This document shows positions 35,391 to 44,705 of a DNA stretch of 64,000 bases, in pieces (position 1 is the first letter of the stretch; each line of letters opens with the position of its first letter). A program made the position numbers and the translations under genes. Origin of the DNA: Ilumatobacteraceae bacterium (GTDB taxonomy: Bacteria > Actinomycetota > Acidimicrobiia > Acidimicrobiales > Ilumatobacteraceae); contig JAJTEL010000005.1 of the NCBI GenBank assembly GCA_021299715.1, positions 42,955 through 106,954 on the forward strand, written 5' to 3'. The notes under the pieces are model-generated. The model had not been told where the DNA came from, did not search any database, and saw nothing but the letters and a program-made list of their open reading frames with translations.

Positions 35391-36326
35391 TTAGACCGAC
35401 AACAGGTCGCGCGCACCGGTGTCTGACGACGGGTGACGCAACTTGCTCATGGCACGCGCTTCAATTTGGCGAATGCGCTCGCGCGTGAGGTTGAAGTGTT
35501 CTCCCACTTCTTCCAATGTGCGACCTTCGCCACCGTTCAAACCGAAACGCAATTTAAGAATTTCACGCTCGCGTTCGTCGAGTGGAGCCAGCAGACGCTG
35601 AATCTCTTCGGGGAGCAGCGACGTTGCCGCTACTTCGAATGGAGATTCGGCTGAGCGGTCTTCAACAACGTCACCAAGTTCTGCATCGCCGTCTTCACGA
35701 AGTGGTTCAGACAACGACAATGGCTCGGCGGCGAAGCGCAATGCTTCGGTGACCTTGTCTTCTGGCATCTCTACTTCTTTTGCCAGTTCGGCAAGAGTGG
35801 CAGGGCGACCAAACTTCAGCTCGAGGCGCGAGCGAGCCTTTTGCAGGCGAGCAAGAGTGTCGCCGGCATGGACTGGAAGGCGGATGGTGCGACCGGTGTT
35901 TGCGATACCGCGGGTAATTGCTTGGCGGATCCACCATGTTGCGTACGTGGAGAACTTGAAGCCTTTACGCCAGTCGAACTTTTCGACCGCGTGCATAAGG
36001 CCAAGGTTGCCTTCTTGAATGAGGTCGAGAAGAGGAAGACCAGATGCCTGGTACTTCTTGGCGATGGAGACCACAAGGCGAAGGTTGGACTGAACGAAAG
36101 CGCGCTCGGCAATTTCGCCTTCGCGGATGGCTTTGCGCAGTTCGCGGCGCTTGGTGGCAGAGAGGGTTTTGGCCTGTTCCATCTCGGCGGAAGCGATTTT
36201 GCCCGCTTCGATCGCCTTTGCCAGGCGGACTTCGTCATCTTTGGTGAGAAGTGTGTACTGGCCGATGTCTGTGAGATAGAGCCTGACGAGGTCTTCTTCG
36301 TCGCGGTCAATCCTGTCCTTTGCCAC
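35391..36326 (-). CDS. Group 1/2 (SigB-like, principal-like) RNA polymerase sigma factor
   Basis: Region 2 DLIQEGNLGLMHAVEKFDWRKGFKFSTYATWWIRQAI and region 4 TLEEVGEHFNLTRERIRQIEARA. Start at GTG 36326 (AAGGTGAGG upstream), giving 311 aa. Confidence 0.9.
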   Translation of the reverse strand: MAKDRIDRDEEDLVRLYLTDIGQYTLLTKDDEVRLAKAIEAGKIASAEMEQAKTLSATKRRELRKAIREGEIAERAFVQSNLRLVVSIAKKYQASGLPLLDLIQEGNLGLMHAVEKFDWRKGFKFSTYATWWIRQAITRGIANTGRTIRLPVHAGDTLARLQKARSRLELKFGRPATLAELAKEVEMPEDKVTEALRFAAEPLSLSEPLREDGDAELGDVVEDRSAESPFEVAATSLLPEEIQRLLAPLDEREREILKLRFGLNGGEGRTLEEVGEHFNLTRERIRQIEARAMSKLRHPSSDTGARDLLSV

Positions 36327-36474
36327 TCTTAACCTCACCTTGCATTCGTAACCCCTAAAGGGTGAATAGGGGCAGGATACCGAGTGCATTCCCAGCAGCC
36401 ACAGCCCAGGCAAAACATTTGGTTATACACAGGGGTGACGCCACAAAAAGCCCGAAAACAGTTAGGTTTTTGGC

Positions 36475-37281
36475 ATGGCTAACCCTCTGCTGAACGACAA
36501 GGCCATGGGCCTTGGCAACCTTGACCAACCAAACAACACCTGGGCTCCGCCCACCACCGAACCCGTTACCGATGGTCCCATCAGTCGCTGGGATGGCGGA
36601 ATTATGACGGTGCGAGGAACAGCATCAGCAACTCTCATGTTGTTGGTACTTCTCATTGCATCGGCAACGGTGACATGGATGTCAATAGATGAACCACTTC
36701 CCGGTGGCGTCATTCAATTTCCTACTGGTTGGGTCATTGGCGGATTCATTGTGGCGCTCATTGCAGTTCTTGTCGGAACGTTCAAACCGCACCTCGCAAA
36801 ATTTGTTGCACCTGTGTATGCACTTGCCGAAGGTGTTGTAGTTGGCGCAATTAGTCGTGCTTATTCAGAGGCCTATAGCGGCATTGTCATGCAGGCAGTG
36901 GGCGCAACGCTTGGTGTTTTCGTTGTGATGTTGTTGCTCTATCGCAGCCGTGTTATCAAAGTGAACGACAAGTTCCGTCGCATCATCATGGGCGCCATGC
37001 TTGGTTTAATGGCGTTCTACCTGGTGTCATTCATCTTCGGAATCTTCGGCAACATGCCATCGTTCATTAACGATGCAAGCCCATTGGGAATTGGCTTCAG
37101 CGTGTTTGTTGCAGGTCTTGCTGCATTCAACCTGGCACTCGACTTCGACACCATTGAACGTGGCGTTGCAAACAAGTTGCCTGCTCACATGGAGTGGTAC
37201 TGCGCACTAGGAGTCACCGTCACTCTTGTGTGGCTGTACCTTGAAATCTTGCGCTTGCTCGCAAAACTTCGCGAGCAGTAA
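36475..37281 (+). CDS. Bax inhibitor-1/YccA family membrane protein
   Basis: 268 aa with 7 hydrophobic segments and the N-terminus MANPLLN typical of actinobacterial BI-1-like proteins. Confidence 0.7.
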   Translation: MANPLLNDKAMGLGNLDQPNNTWAPPTTEPVTDGPISRWDGGIMTVRGTASATLMLLVLLIASATVTWMSIDEPLPGGVIQFPTGWVIGGFIVALIAVLVGTFKPHLAKFVAPVYALAEGVVVGAISRAYSEAYSGIVMQAVGATLGVFVVMLLLYRSRVIKVNDKFRRIIMGAMLGLMAFYLVSFIFGIFGNMPSFINDASPLGIGFSVFVAGLAAFNLALDFDTIERGVANKLPAHMEWYCALGVTVTLVWLYLEILRLLAKLREQ

Positions 37282-37290
37282 CCAACGTTG

Positions 37291-37488
37291 TTATTGATTG
37301 CGGCGAGCCGTGGGGTTGGCTGCAAGGTGCGCTGAATCAATTGGTGCACCGGTCAACTCATCGGTCCAATATGTGCCGTTCTCTAAACGACCAAGCGCAA
37401 GCTCTACATCTGCAAGATCGCGTTCCATCTGGTCAAGGTTGAGTGGCTCTTCTGGATTCACGCCTGTCATCGTAGGCGCACACGCCAT
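37291..37488 (-). CDS. Small DksA/TraR-like protein lacking the zinc-finger cysteines
   Basis: 65 aa. VELALGRLENGTYWTDELTGAPIDSAHLAANPTA follows the AL.RL..GTYG.C..CG..I...RL...P pattern, but with no Cys at the C4 positions. Confidence 0.45.
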   Translation of the reverse strand: MACAPTMTGVNPEEPLNLDQMERDLADVELALGRLENGTYWTDELTGAPIDSAHLAANPTARRNQ

Positions 37489-37536
37489 GTGGCCACGAAC
37501 GAGGTGGCAGGCGCGTGTACTTGTAGCCTCGCCTGC

Positions 37537-38094
37537 ATGAGTTTGCCCTTTCCTCCACTTGACGGATCCGCCCCCAAGACGCAGAAGTTCCCTGCGGCGC
37601 CAGACATGGGCATTGACCCGTCAAAGCGTTACACCGCCACCATGGAAACATCCATGGGAACTTTGGTGATTGCACTTGATGCAGCACGCGCACCCAAAAC
37701 CGTGAACAACTTTGTGTATTTGGCTGCGTACCACTACTACGACGGCATTATTTTCCACCGCATCATTAATGGTTTCGTTTGCCAAGGTGGTGACCCAACG
37801 GGCACCGGAATGGGTGGACCCGGCTATCGCTTTGAAGACGAACTTCCAAAGCCAGGTCAGTACCAAATTGGTTCGCTTGCAATGGCGAACGCCGGACCAA
37901 ACACAAACGGTTCACAGTTCTTCCTCATTTCTGGTCCAAGCGGTGTGCAGCTTCCACCTGCATATGCACTGTTTGGTCAAGTAGTAAAGGGCCTCGACGT
38001 AGTTGACGCAATGCAGAAGGTTCCCACGGCACGTGGCGACCGCCCCATTGACGACGTGGTGATTAACAGTGTCACCATCACCGTCGCAGACTGA
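37537..38094 (+). CDS. Peptidyl-prolyl cis-trans isomerase (cyclophilin type)
   Basis: FHRIINGFVCQGGDPTGTGMGGPGYRFEDE. Start uncertain: ATG 37537 chosen, with 37489 and 37606 as alternatives. Confidence 0.9.
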   Translation: MSLPFPPLDGSAPKTQKFPAAPDMGIDPSKRYTATMETSMGTLVIALDAARAPKTVNNFVYLAAYHYYDGIIFHRIINGFVCQGGDPTGTGMGGPGYRFEDELPKPGQYQIGSLAMANAGPNTNGSQFFLISGPSGVQLPPAYALFGQVVKGLDVVDAMQKVPTARGDRPIDDVVINSVTITVAD

Positions 38095-39286
38095 CGTTTC
38101 TCTCGCTTCGGCAAAGCGCATCGCGCTTGCTGCTCAAGGTTTCTCAACACCACGCCCTACTGGTCGTGTTGATCGGCGTCACCTTCGAAAGGTGATCGAC
38201 CATGTGGGACTCATTCAAATTGATTCGGTGAACGTTGTTGTTCGTAGTCAAGAGCTTCCGTTGTTTTCTCGCTTGGGAAATCATCCACGTTCTCTCATTC
38301 CCGATGCAACGAATAACGCTGAACTCTTCGAGTACTGGTGTCATGAAGCATCCCATTTGCCAATAGGGATGCAGCCGTTAATGCGGTGGCGAATGGAACA
38401 AGCAAAGCGTGGCGAAATGTGGGGTGGCCTAGTTCGCGCAGCAAAGAAAAATCCAAAGTTGTTGAATGAGATTCGCGATCGGGTTCAGAATGACGGTCCG
38501 ATTGTTGCTGGTGACGTAAAGACGCGTACAGGTCCGAAGGGTTCGTGGTGGGACTGGGACACAGGAAAAGCAATGCTGGAATATTTGTTCTGGACTGGCG
38601 AGATAACTGCGCGTCGACGACCAAGCGACTTTGCACGTGTTTACCACGCGCTACACGACGTTTTTCCTGCGCACATTTTGAAGGCGAAGACACCAACAGA
38701 AGATGAAGCGCGTCGTGAACTTGTCTTGCGTGCTGCGAAGAGTGTGGGAATTGGAACTCTGAGCGACCTTGCGGACTATCACCGTCAAACTCCAACTCGA
38801 ATTCGTCAGATTGTGAAAGATCTTGTGGAAGATGGAGAACTAGAACAGGTGCGCGTTGAAGGCTGGCGTGATACAGCCTTTGTGTTGCCGAATACGGTGC
38901 AGCCACGTTCAGTGAATGCTCGCGCACTTCTGTCACCGTTCGATTCATTGGTGTGGTGCAGACCACGAATAGAGCGATTATTCAATTTTCACTATCGAAT
39001 TGAGATCTACACGCCCGCACCAAAGAGAATCTATGGCTATTACGTGTTGCCGTTTCTTCTGGGTGATTCGCTGGTGGCGCGCGTAGATGTGAAGGCAGAT
39101 CGCAAAGAAGGTGTTCTGTTAGTGCCCGGTGCCTACAGCGAGCCCAATGTCGATATTGCCTATGTGGCAGCAGAACTGATGGCTGAATTGAAGTTGATGG
39201 CAACGTGGTTAGGACTACACACGGTGCGTGTGGGTACCAACGGGGATTTGTCTAGACCGTTGTCGAAACTTGCGAAGGCGAAATAG
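38069..39286 (+). CDS. Winged-helix DNA-binding protein, YcaQ/AlkZ (DUF1006) family
   Basis: 405 aa. N-terminal pattern AKRIALAAQGF...VIDHVGLIQIDSVNVVVRSQELPLFSRLG. Confidence 0.7.
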   Translation: MSPSPSQTDVSLASAKRIALAAQGFSTPRPTGRVDRRHLRKVIDHVGLIQIDSVNVVVRSQELPLFSRLGNHPRSLIPDATNNAELFEYWCHEASHLPIGMQPLMRWRMEQAKRGEMWGGLVRAAKKNPKLLNEIRDRVQNDGPIVAGDVKTRTGPKGSWWDWDTGKAMLEYLFWTGEITARRRPSDFARVYHALHDVFPAHILKAKTPTEDEARRELVLRAAKSVGIGTLSDLADYHRQTPTRIRQIVKDLVEDGELEQVRVEGWRDTAFVLPNTVQPRSVNARALLSPFDSLVWCRPRIERLFNFHYRIEIYTPAPKRIYGYYVLPFLLGDSLVARVDVKADRKEGVLLVPGAYSEPNVDIAYVAAELMAELKLMATWLGLHTVRVGTNGDLSRPLSKLAKAK

Positions 39287-40142
39287 CCCAGCGAATAGTT
39301 GAGGCAATTACCGAACCGATGGGGCGAACAAAAGCACGCTCAGTAAGTGGCAGATAGGGAAGACGAAGTTCTGCACGAGCCCAAGCGGGTAACAACGCAA
39401 CTGCAGCAGCACCAATGAGCGAGTACGGAACGCGAGCAACTGGTGGCAGTGGTGGCTGCAACAACAAGTACTTCACCACATCGTTTGATTCGGGAGTGCC
39501 TTTGATTTCGTAGCGGAACATGGCGAGTTGATCGCGAAGTCCGCGGACCGACGTTGGTGGCGCAGGAACCCCTAGCTTCGACGCAATAACAGCCATGTCG
39601 GCGACGTACTGGTCGCACTCATTTTCTGTGAGCGGATGTTCACCGTACTCCTGATGTGCGCGCAAGAAACTGTCTACTTCGGCAACATGCACCCAACGCA
39701 GAAGATGTGGGTCATTTGCAGAATAGGGCTGACCATCTGTGGTGGTTCCAGCGACACGTTGATGGACAGCCAACACACGATCCACTGCCATCTGGGCAAC
39801 ATCGGCGGGGCCAAATGATGTTGCGGCCAGAAAGTCGGCGGTGCGTTGAAGGCGACCCCACGGGTCGTTCTTGTAGTCCGAGTGCTGAGCCACCCCGGCC
39901 ATGGCGCGTGGGTGAAGGGACTGCAACAGCAATGCACGCATGCCACCAATAAACATTGATGAGTCACCGTGCACTCGATGGATGGGACGGTCGGGAGCAA
40001 ACCAGCGGGGTCCAGGAGCCAGCATGACCGCTGCCTGTTTCTCCTCGGCGCCATCTCCGATGACGCGTTCACGAAGCGCCTCGGCAATGGCCTGACGAAC
40101 GGTCTCCACTCGATCTGTGAGAGGGGCGGGAAGAGTAGCCAT
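39252..40142 (-). CDS. Oxygenase MpaB family (DUF2236) protein
   Basis: SMFIGGMRALLLQSLHPRAMAGVAQHSDYKNDPWGRLQRTADFL. Start at ATG 40142 (MATLPAPL). Confidence 0.7.
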   Translation of the reverse strand: MATLPAPLTDRVETVRQAIAEALRERVIGDGAEEKQAAVMLAPGPRWFAPDRPIHRVHGDSSMFIGGMRALLLQSLHPRAMAGVAQHSDYKNDPWGRLQRTADFLAATSFGPADVAQMAVDRVLAVHQRVAGTTTDGQPYSANDPHLLRWVHVAEVDSFLRAHQEYGEHPLTENECDQYVADMAVIASKLGVPAPPTSVRGLRDQLAMFRYEIKGTPESNDVVKYLLLQPPLPPVARVPYSLIGAAAVALLPAWARAELRLPYLPLTERAFVRPIGSVIASTIRWAISPSQVSTTV

Positions 40143-40217
40143 CCCCGTATCGTGCCAGACGAATTCCTTGTCTCCACGTGCGAATGTGTCACTCCGTATG
40201 ACCACTACGCTCAGAAC

Positions 40218-41369
40218 GTGACAGATGCACAAGATTCAGGCTCGTTAGACAACGGACGTCGAATGCCACGGTGGGTTCCACGGGCTATCGCATTGTTCTG
40301 GTTGGGATATTTGGCCACGTTTGTTGGCAGGTTTACATTCCATCGACTGAGCAATTTGCTCATTCTGTTGCTTGTTGGTTTGTTCATTGCGTTGGCACTT
40401 GAACCAGCGGTCAACAAGATGGTGGCGCGTGGATTCAAACGGGGAAGCGCTACGGCACTTCTTATCGTTGCGGTGGTTCTTTCCGTTTTTGTGTTTATAG
40501 GCGCCATGGGAACAGTCGTCACTCAACAGATTGCGGATTTGCTGAGTAATAGTGAGAAGTACGTGAACGACACTGTGCGAATCATTAATGACACGTTCAA
40601 TTCAAACATTGATCCGGCGGCGGTAAACGAACGAATTGCCGATCCGAATGGCCCCGTTCAAAAATTTATTGATGCACAACAAGACAATGTGTTTCGCGTA
40701 TCAGTGCAAGCGTTAGGTGTTGTCTTCCAAGGCTTCTCAGTTTTGCTGTTCTCGTTCTATCTAGTGGCCGACGGACCGCGATTGCGTCGTTCTATTTGCT
40801 CACGGTTAAACCCAGAGCGTCAACGCGCAGTTCTCGACGCATGGGAACTTGCCATCACAAAGACCGGTGGCTTTCTTTATTCGCGTGCATTGCTTGCCGT
40901 TGTGTCTGCGTTCTTCCACTGGATTGCATTGCAAGCAATTGGAGCACCTGCACCAATTGCGATGGCCATCTGGGTGGGACTTGTCTCTCAGTTCCTGCCC
41001 GTTATTGGTACGTATCTTGCGGGAGTACTACCAGTACTACTGGCGTTCATCGAATCACCAATTGATGCTCTTGCGGTGATTGGTTTCATTTTGGTGTACC
41101 AGCAACTTGAAAACTATTTGTTGGCGCCACGCATTACAGCGCGAACGCTAGAACTTCACCCTGCGCTTGCTTTTGGTGGGGCACTAGCTGGTGGAGCAGT
41201 TCTGGGACCAATTGGCGCAATCTTGGCATTGCCTGCTGTGGCCATGGCACAAGCACTTATTTCTGCATGGGGAACTCGTCACGAAGTCATTGACGATCCA
41301 CTCACAACTCTGCAAGAAAAGAAACCAAAAGGCCGAAAGAGTGCCGGTGGTTGGAAAGATCCCAGTTGA
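40218..41369 (+). CDS. AI-2E family (UPF0118/PerM-like) transporter
   Basis: Multi-TM protein with the central soluble insert typical of the family. Start at GTG 40218 or ATG 40263. The track ORF N-terminal extension overlaps the divergent gene. Confidence 0.75.
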   Translation: MTDAQDSGSLDNGRRMPRWVPRAIALFWLGYLATFVGRFTFHRLSNLLILLLVGLFIALALEPAVNKMVARGFKRGSATALLIVAVVLSVFVFIGAMGTVVTQQIADLLSNSEKYVNDTVRIINDTFNSNIDPAAVNERIADPNGPVQKFIDAQQDNVFRVSVQALGVVFQGFSVLLFSFYLVADGPRLRRSICSRLNPERQRAVLDAWELAITKTGGFLYSRALLAVVSAFFHWIALQAIGAPAPIAMAIWVGLVSQFLPVIGTYLAGVLPVLLAFIESPIDALAVIGFILVYQQLENYLLAPRITARTLELHPALAFGGALAGGAVLGPIGAILALPAVAMAQALISAWGTRHEVIDDPLTTLQEKKPKGRKSAGGWKDPS

Positions 41370-41374
41370 GCGGG

Positions 41375-42328
41375 GTGCACCCATCGCATTTTGCTCCACT
41401 CGCAATTGTTTCGCGCAACGGAGTAGATGAAAGCGTTCACTTTGGTGCGCTTGTGGCACTTGCACCAGATGGTTCGGTGAGTTTCTCGGTTGGTAATCCA
41501 ACTACAACTATCTTTCCGCGTTCTTCCACGAAGCCCTTTCAAGCATTGGCAATGGTTCGGGCAGGGCTGTCGCTGCCACTGGAGCAGTTGGCATTGGTGT
41601 GTGCAAGCCACAACGGCGAAACTGTTCATCTCGACACCGCTCGTTCAATTTTGGCAAGTGCTGGTTTGGGCGAAGATGCGTTGTTGAACACCGCAGACTT
41701 TCCTCTTCATGTTGCATCTGCTCATGCAGAAATTCATCGGGGAGGCGCAAAGTCGCCGCTTCAAATGAATTGCAGCGGCAAACATTCCGGAATGTTGGCA
41801 ACGTGTATAGCGAACGGGTGGCCCGTAGAGACCTATCTGCATCCAGACCACCCGCTACAGCAAGCGATAACCAATGTCATCACAGAACTCACTGGGGCTG
41901 AACCGGTAGCAATTGGTGTCGATGGTTGTGGCGCTCCGGCGCATGTGGTGGAACTTGTGGGTCTTGCAAAAGCCATGCGCGCAATTGCCGTCGGTGATGC
42001 TGGTGACTCCGGACAGAAGATTTTCACCGCCATGTCACAGCATTCATACATGGTGGGTGGAGATGGTCGCCATGTCACCACCATTGTGTCGAATGTGCCA
42101 GGTTTGTTCGCCAAAGACGGTGCAGAGTCGGTGTATGCGGCAGCAACACGCGATGGTCATGCAGTTGCACTCAAGCTTTCCGACGGATCGGGACGCGCAA
42201 CTCCAACAGTGTTGCTTGCGGCGCTTCAGAAACTTGGCGTTGATGTATCGGGCGTACCCAGCAGTATTCAAGAAGTGGTGCTAGGTCACGGACAGCCAGT
42301 TGGCAATGTACGAGCAGTAGGGATGTAA
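41375..42328 (+). CDS. L-asparaginase II family protein
   Basis: VSRNGVDESVHFG...FPRSSTKPFQALAM...NCSGKHSGMLATC. GTG 41375 avoids overlap with the upstream gene. Confidence 0.75.
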   Translation: MHPSHFAPLAIVSRNGVDESVHFGALVALAPDGSVSFSVGNPTTTIFPRSSTKPFQALAMVRAGLSLPLEQLALVCASHNGETVHLDTARSILASAGLGEDALLNTADFPLHVASAHAEIHRGGAKSPLQMNCSGKHSGMLATCIANGWPVETYLHPDHPLQQAITNVITELTGAEPVAIGVDGCGAPAHVVELVGLAKAMRAIAVGDAGDSGQKIFTAMSQHSYMVGGDGRHVTTIVSNVPGLFAKDGAESVYAAATRDGHAVALKLSDGSGRATPTVLLAALQKLGVDVSGVPSSIQEVVLGHGQPVGNVRAVGM

Positions 42329-42338
42329 GAAGAGAACT

Positions 42339-43298
42339 ATGGCTATTCCTTTTGTCCCACGAATAGACGATGCGCCGTATGCAGTTGCTGAACCGATGAC
42401 GCCACTTATTCAGCGTGTCATAGCGCAGAACCCATCAAAGTTCAGTTATCACGGAACAGGGACCTACATAGTGGGTACTCAGAACGTTGTTGTGATTGAT
42501 CCGGGTCCCACCTTGAATTCGCATCGCGACGCACTGGCTGCCGCCTTGAAAGGCAGAAAAGTGGTGGGCATAGTTGTCACACATTGTCACTCCGACCATT
42601 CACCGCTCACAGCGTGGTTACACGAAGAAACGCAAGCACCACGTTTTGCCATAGGCCCACACCAGGTCTATGAGGGGTTTGTTGAAGAAGATGATCACGA
42701 CCTGTCAGAAGATGACCCATCGGAAAAGAAGGACGAAGACGAGGAACGGGAGACGATTGATCTTGCATTTGCTCCCGATAATCCGGTGCGCGACGGTGAG
42801 ACCATAATCTCCACCAACGAATTCACATTGACAGCAGTTGCAACTCCCGGACACACATCAAATCACTTGGCCATAGCAATGGATGTCGATCGCGCATTAT
42901 TCACGGGCGATCATGTGATGGGCTGGTCTACAACAGTGGTGTCACCCCCCGATGGAGATATGCGTGCCTACATCGATTCAATGCACAAAGTCATTGGACG
43001 ACACGATTCAATTTTGTGGCCAACTCATGGTGGTCCTGTTACGGATCCCGACACATTCCTTGCTGCGTATCTTGCGCACCGTTTGGAGCGAGAGCAGCAA
43101 ATAATTCATCAGATTGCTCAAGGAAATTCCACAATTCCGGGAATTGTGAAGGTGTTGTATGCCAGCGTGGACAAAAAACTGCATCGACCTGCACGTCGCA
43201 GTGTGTGGTCCCACTTACGCAAGTTGGTGGACGACGGTGTGGTTGTCACGGTTGATGGTGCAGCGCCGCGCCTCTTAGGTGAGTACGCACTGGCCTAG
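42339..43298 (+). CDS. MBL-fold metallo-hydrolase
   Basis: HxHxDH motif THCHSDH and later ATPGHTSNH, with an acidic insert (EDDHDLSEDDPSEKKDEDEE). Confidence 0.85.
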   Translation: MAIPFVPRIDDAPYAVAEPMTPLIQRVIAQNPSKFSYHGTGTYIVGTQNVVVIDPGPTLNSHRDALAAALKGRKVVGIVVTHCHSDHSPLTAWLHEETQAPRFAIGPHQVYEGFVEEDDHDLSEDDPSEKKDEDEERETIDLAFAPDNPVRDGETIISTNEFTLTAVATPGHTSNHLAIAMDVDRALFTGDHVMGWSTTVVSPPDGDMRAYIDSMHKVIGRHDSILWPTHGGPVTDPDTFLAAYLAHRLEREQQIIHQIAQGNSTIPGIVKVLYASVDKKLHRPARRSVWSHLRKLVDDGVVVTVDGAAPRLLGEYALA

Positions 43299-44686
43299 CG
43301 AACAGAGCCCGGAACAAGTGTTTCTGGGTCGAACAGTGCGATGAAATCTTTGGTTGATCCATTGAGGTGACGGTTTGGGTCACCCATTCGCGTGTCGATG
43401 ATCTTTCCGTTTCTGGTGGTCTTTCCAAAATTGTCGTAGACGGCGAAGTACGGCCACGTTCCGTTGATGTCTAATTGCATTGCAGTTGAGCAACCAGCAA
43501 CCAACAAAGTGTCGGCCAGCATTGCAATGTTGACCTTGCCAACTGCAACAAACATCATTAAGCCGTCTGTTCGAACACAGGCAGCAGATCTGAAGTTATA
43601 CAACTTGTTGTCGAAGTCTTTACCCCAATCGACCTTGTTATACGTGTGATACACAACCTTGCCGTCTTCAACGAGAGGTGGAAGATTCTGTCGAAGCGAT
43701 GCCCAAGTGCCATCGTTTATCATGTCTTTGCCCCACACACCGATTGTGCTGGTGCCGTCTGTTCGAATTCCGAAGGTTGCGTACCCCTTTCGCATTTTGC
43801 GAATAATTCTTCCTTCGGTGAGATAACCACCCGGTTCGTGTTCAAATCTGAATCCGCCATTGAAACTTGCAATGAGAGATTTTGCGGCAGTGGTTTTAAT
43901 TTTTGAAGAGTTCTTCCATCCCTTGCCGCCTGGGATTTCTGTGCCGTTGAACAATCCGGCGCGAACCTTATTTGGGTCGTATGTAGCCATTGTTGCCACC
44001 ACGGATCCGTAACACCACAGAGGTCGCATTGATGTTGCGTAAATCATTGGTTTCGTACGCACTCGCATGACTGATATCCATTCGCCTTCGCCACGTAGTG
44101 CGGGCATTAGTTGTGGCGCGATGTCGGTAGGGCGAGCGGGAAGTGTCGTAGTCGTTGTGGTGGTGGTTGTTGTTTCACCGGGAAGTGTGGAACTAGTTGT
44201 TGTCGAAGTAGTTGTGGTTGTGGTGGGGAGAATCGTTGTGGTGGTGGTTGTTTCACCGGGGAGTGTGGAACTAGTTGTGGTGGGTTCACTATTTGGACAA
44301 CTGGCTGTACGCACTCGCGTTGTTTGTTCTGCTGGAGCGGCACTTCCACCTGGCCGAACGGTTGTGGTTGGCCCCGCGTTTACGGCTGTTGATGACGTTG
44401 TTGGACCAAGTGTTGTGGGGCTAGCAATGGTGTTGGGCGGTTCTGTGTCTGCAGGAAGAAGAGCCAATGTGTCGGCTGGTGCGGCTGCAGGTGGATCGTT
44501 GTGTAGCCACGTTTCTAGTTGGTCTACGACTCCACCAAGGCCTTTGTTGCGTGCCCACGACGCAAGATTTTGTTGCAGAGGTTCATTTGGGTTTGCCAAT
44601 ACGTAGCGTCCGGCTGAAAAGCCAGTGATAGCAACAAAGAAGGCAACCGCTCCCGCAAGTATTTGCAGAATCTTGCGACGGTTCAT
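43295..44686 (-). CDS. Phosphodiester glycosidase (DUF2233/NAGPA-like) family protein with signal anchor and Thr-rich linker
   Basis: Start ATG 44686 (MNRRKILQILAGAVAFFVAITGF). C-terminal domain motifs ASFNGGFRFEHEPGGY and AMQLDINGTW. Confidence 0.7.
   Translation of the reverse strand: MNRRKILQILAGAVAFFVAITGFSAGRYVLANPNEPLQQNLASWARNKGLGGVVDQLETWLHNDPPAAAPADTLALLPADTEPPNTIASPTTLGPTTSSTAVNAGPTTTVRPGGSAAPAEQTTRVRTASCPNSEPTTTSSTLPGETTTTTTILPTTTTTTSTTTSSTLPGETTTTTTTTTTLPARPTDIAPQLMPALRGEGEWISVMRVRTKPMIYATSMRPLWCYGSVVATMATYDPNKVRAGLFNGTEIPGGKGWKNSSKIKTTAAKSLIASFNGGFRFEHEPGGYLTEGRIIRKMRKGYATFGIRTDGTSTIGVWGKDMINDGTWASLRQNLPPLVEDGKVVYHTYNKVDWGKDFDNKLYNFRSAACVRTDGLMMFVAVGKVNIAMLADTLLVAGCSTAMQLDINGTWPYFAVYDNFGKTTRNGKIIDTRMGDPNRHLNGSTKDFIALFDPETLVPGSVR
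44163..44288. repeat. Two near-identical 45-48-nt direct repeats inside the Thr-rich linker
   Basis: 44163-44210 and 44244-44288 share cgttgtggtggtggttg(ttg)tttcaccggg(a/g)agtgtggaactagttgt. On the coding strand each encodes (T)SSTLPGETTTT. Confidence 0.85.
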
Positions 44687-44705
44687 TTCAGACAGGCTAG
44701 GCGCA

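Noticed and set aside
35816-36332. Two ~163-aa ORFs (one per strand) inside the SigB-like sigma factor gene
   Set aside because: The sigma factor frame carries unmistakable region 2 and region 4 motifs. The alternative frames are Ala/Arg/Ser-rich with no recognisable features.
38295-38966. 223-aa ORF antisense to the YcaQ-family gene
   Set aside because: It is a shadow frame with no start context or motifs. The sense gene has family-typical N-terminal sequence.
39252-39286. Two convergent overlaps of exactly 35 nt (39252-39286 and 56545-56579) as a possible shared element
   Set aside because: The two sequences show no similarity, so the equal length appears coincidental. They are noted only as part of the general compaction pattern.
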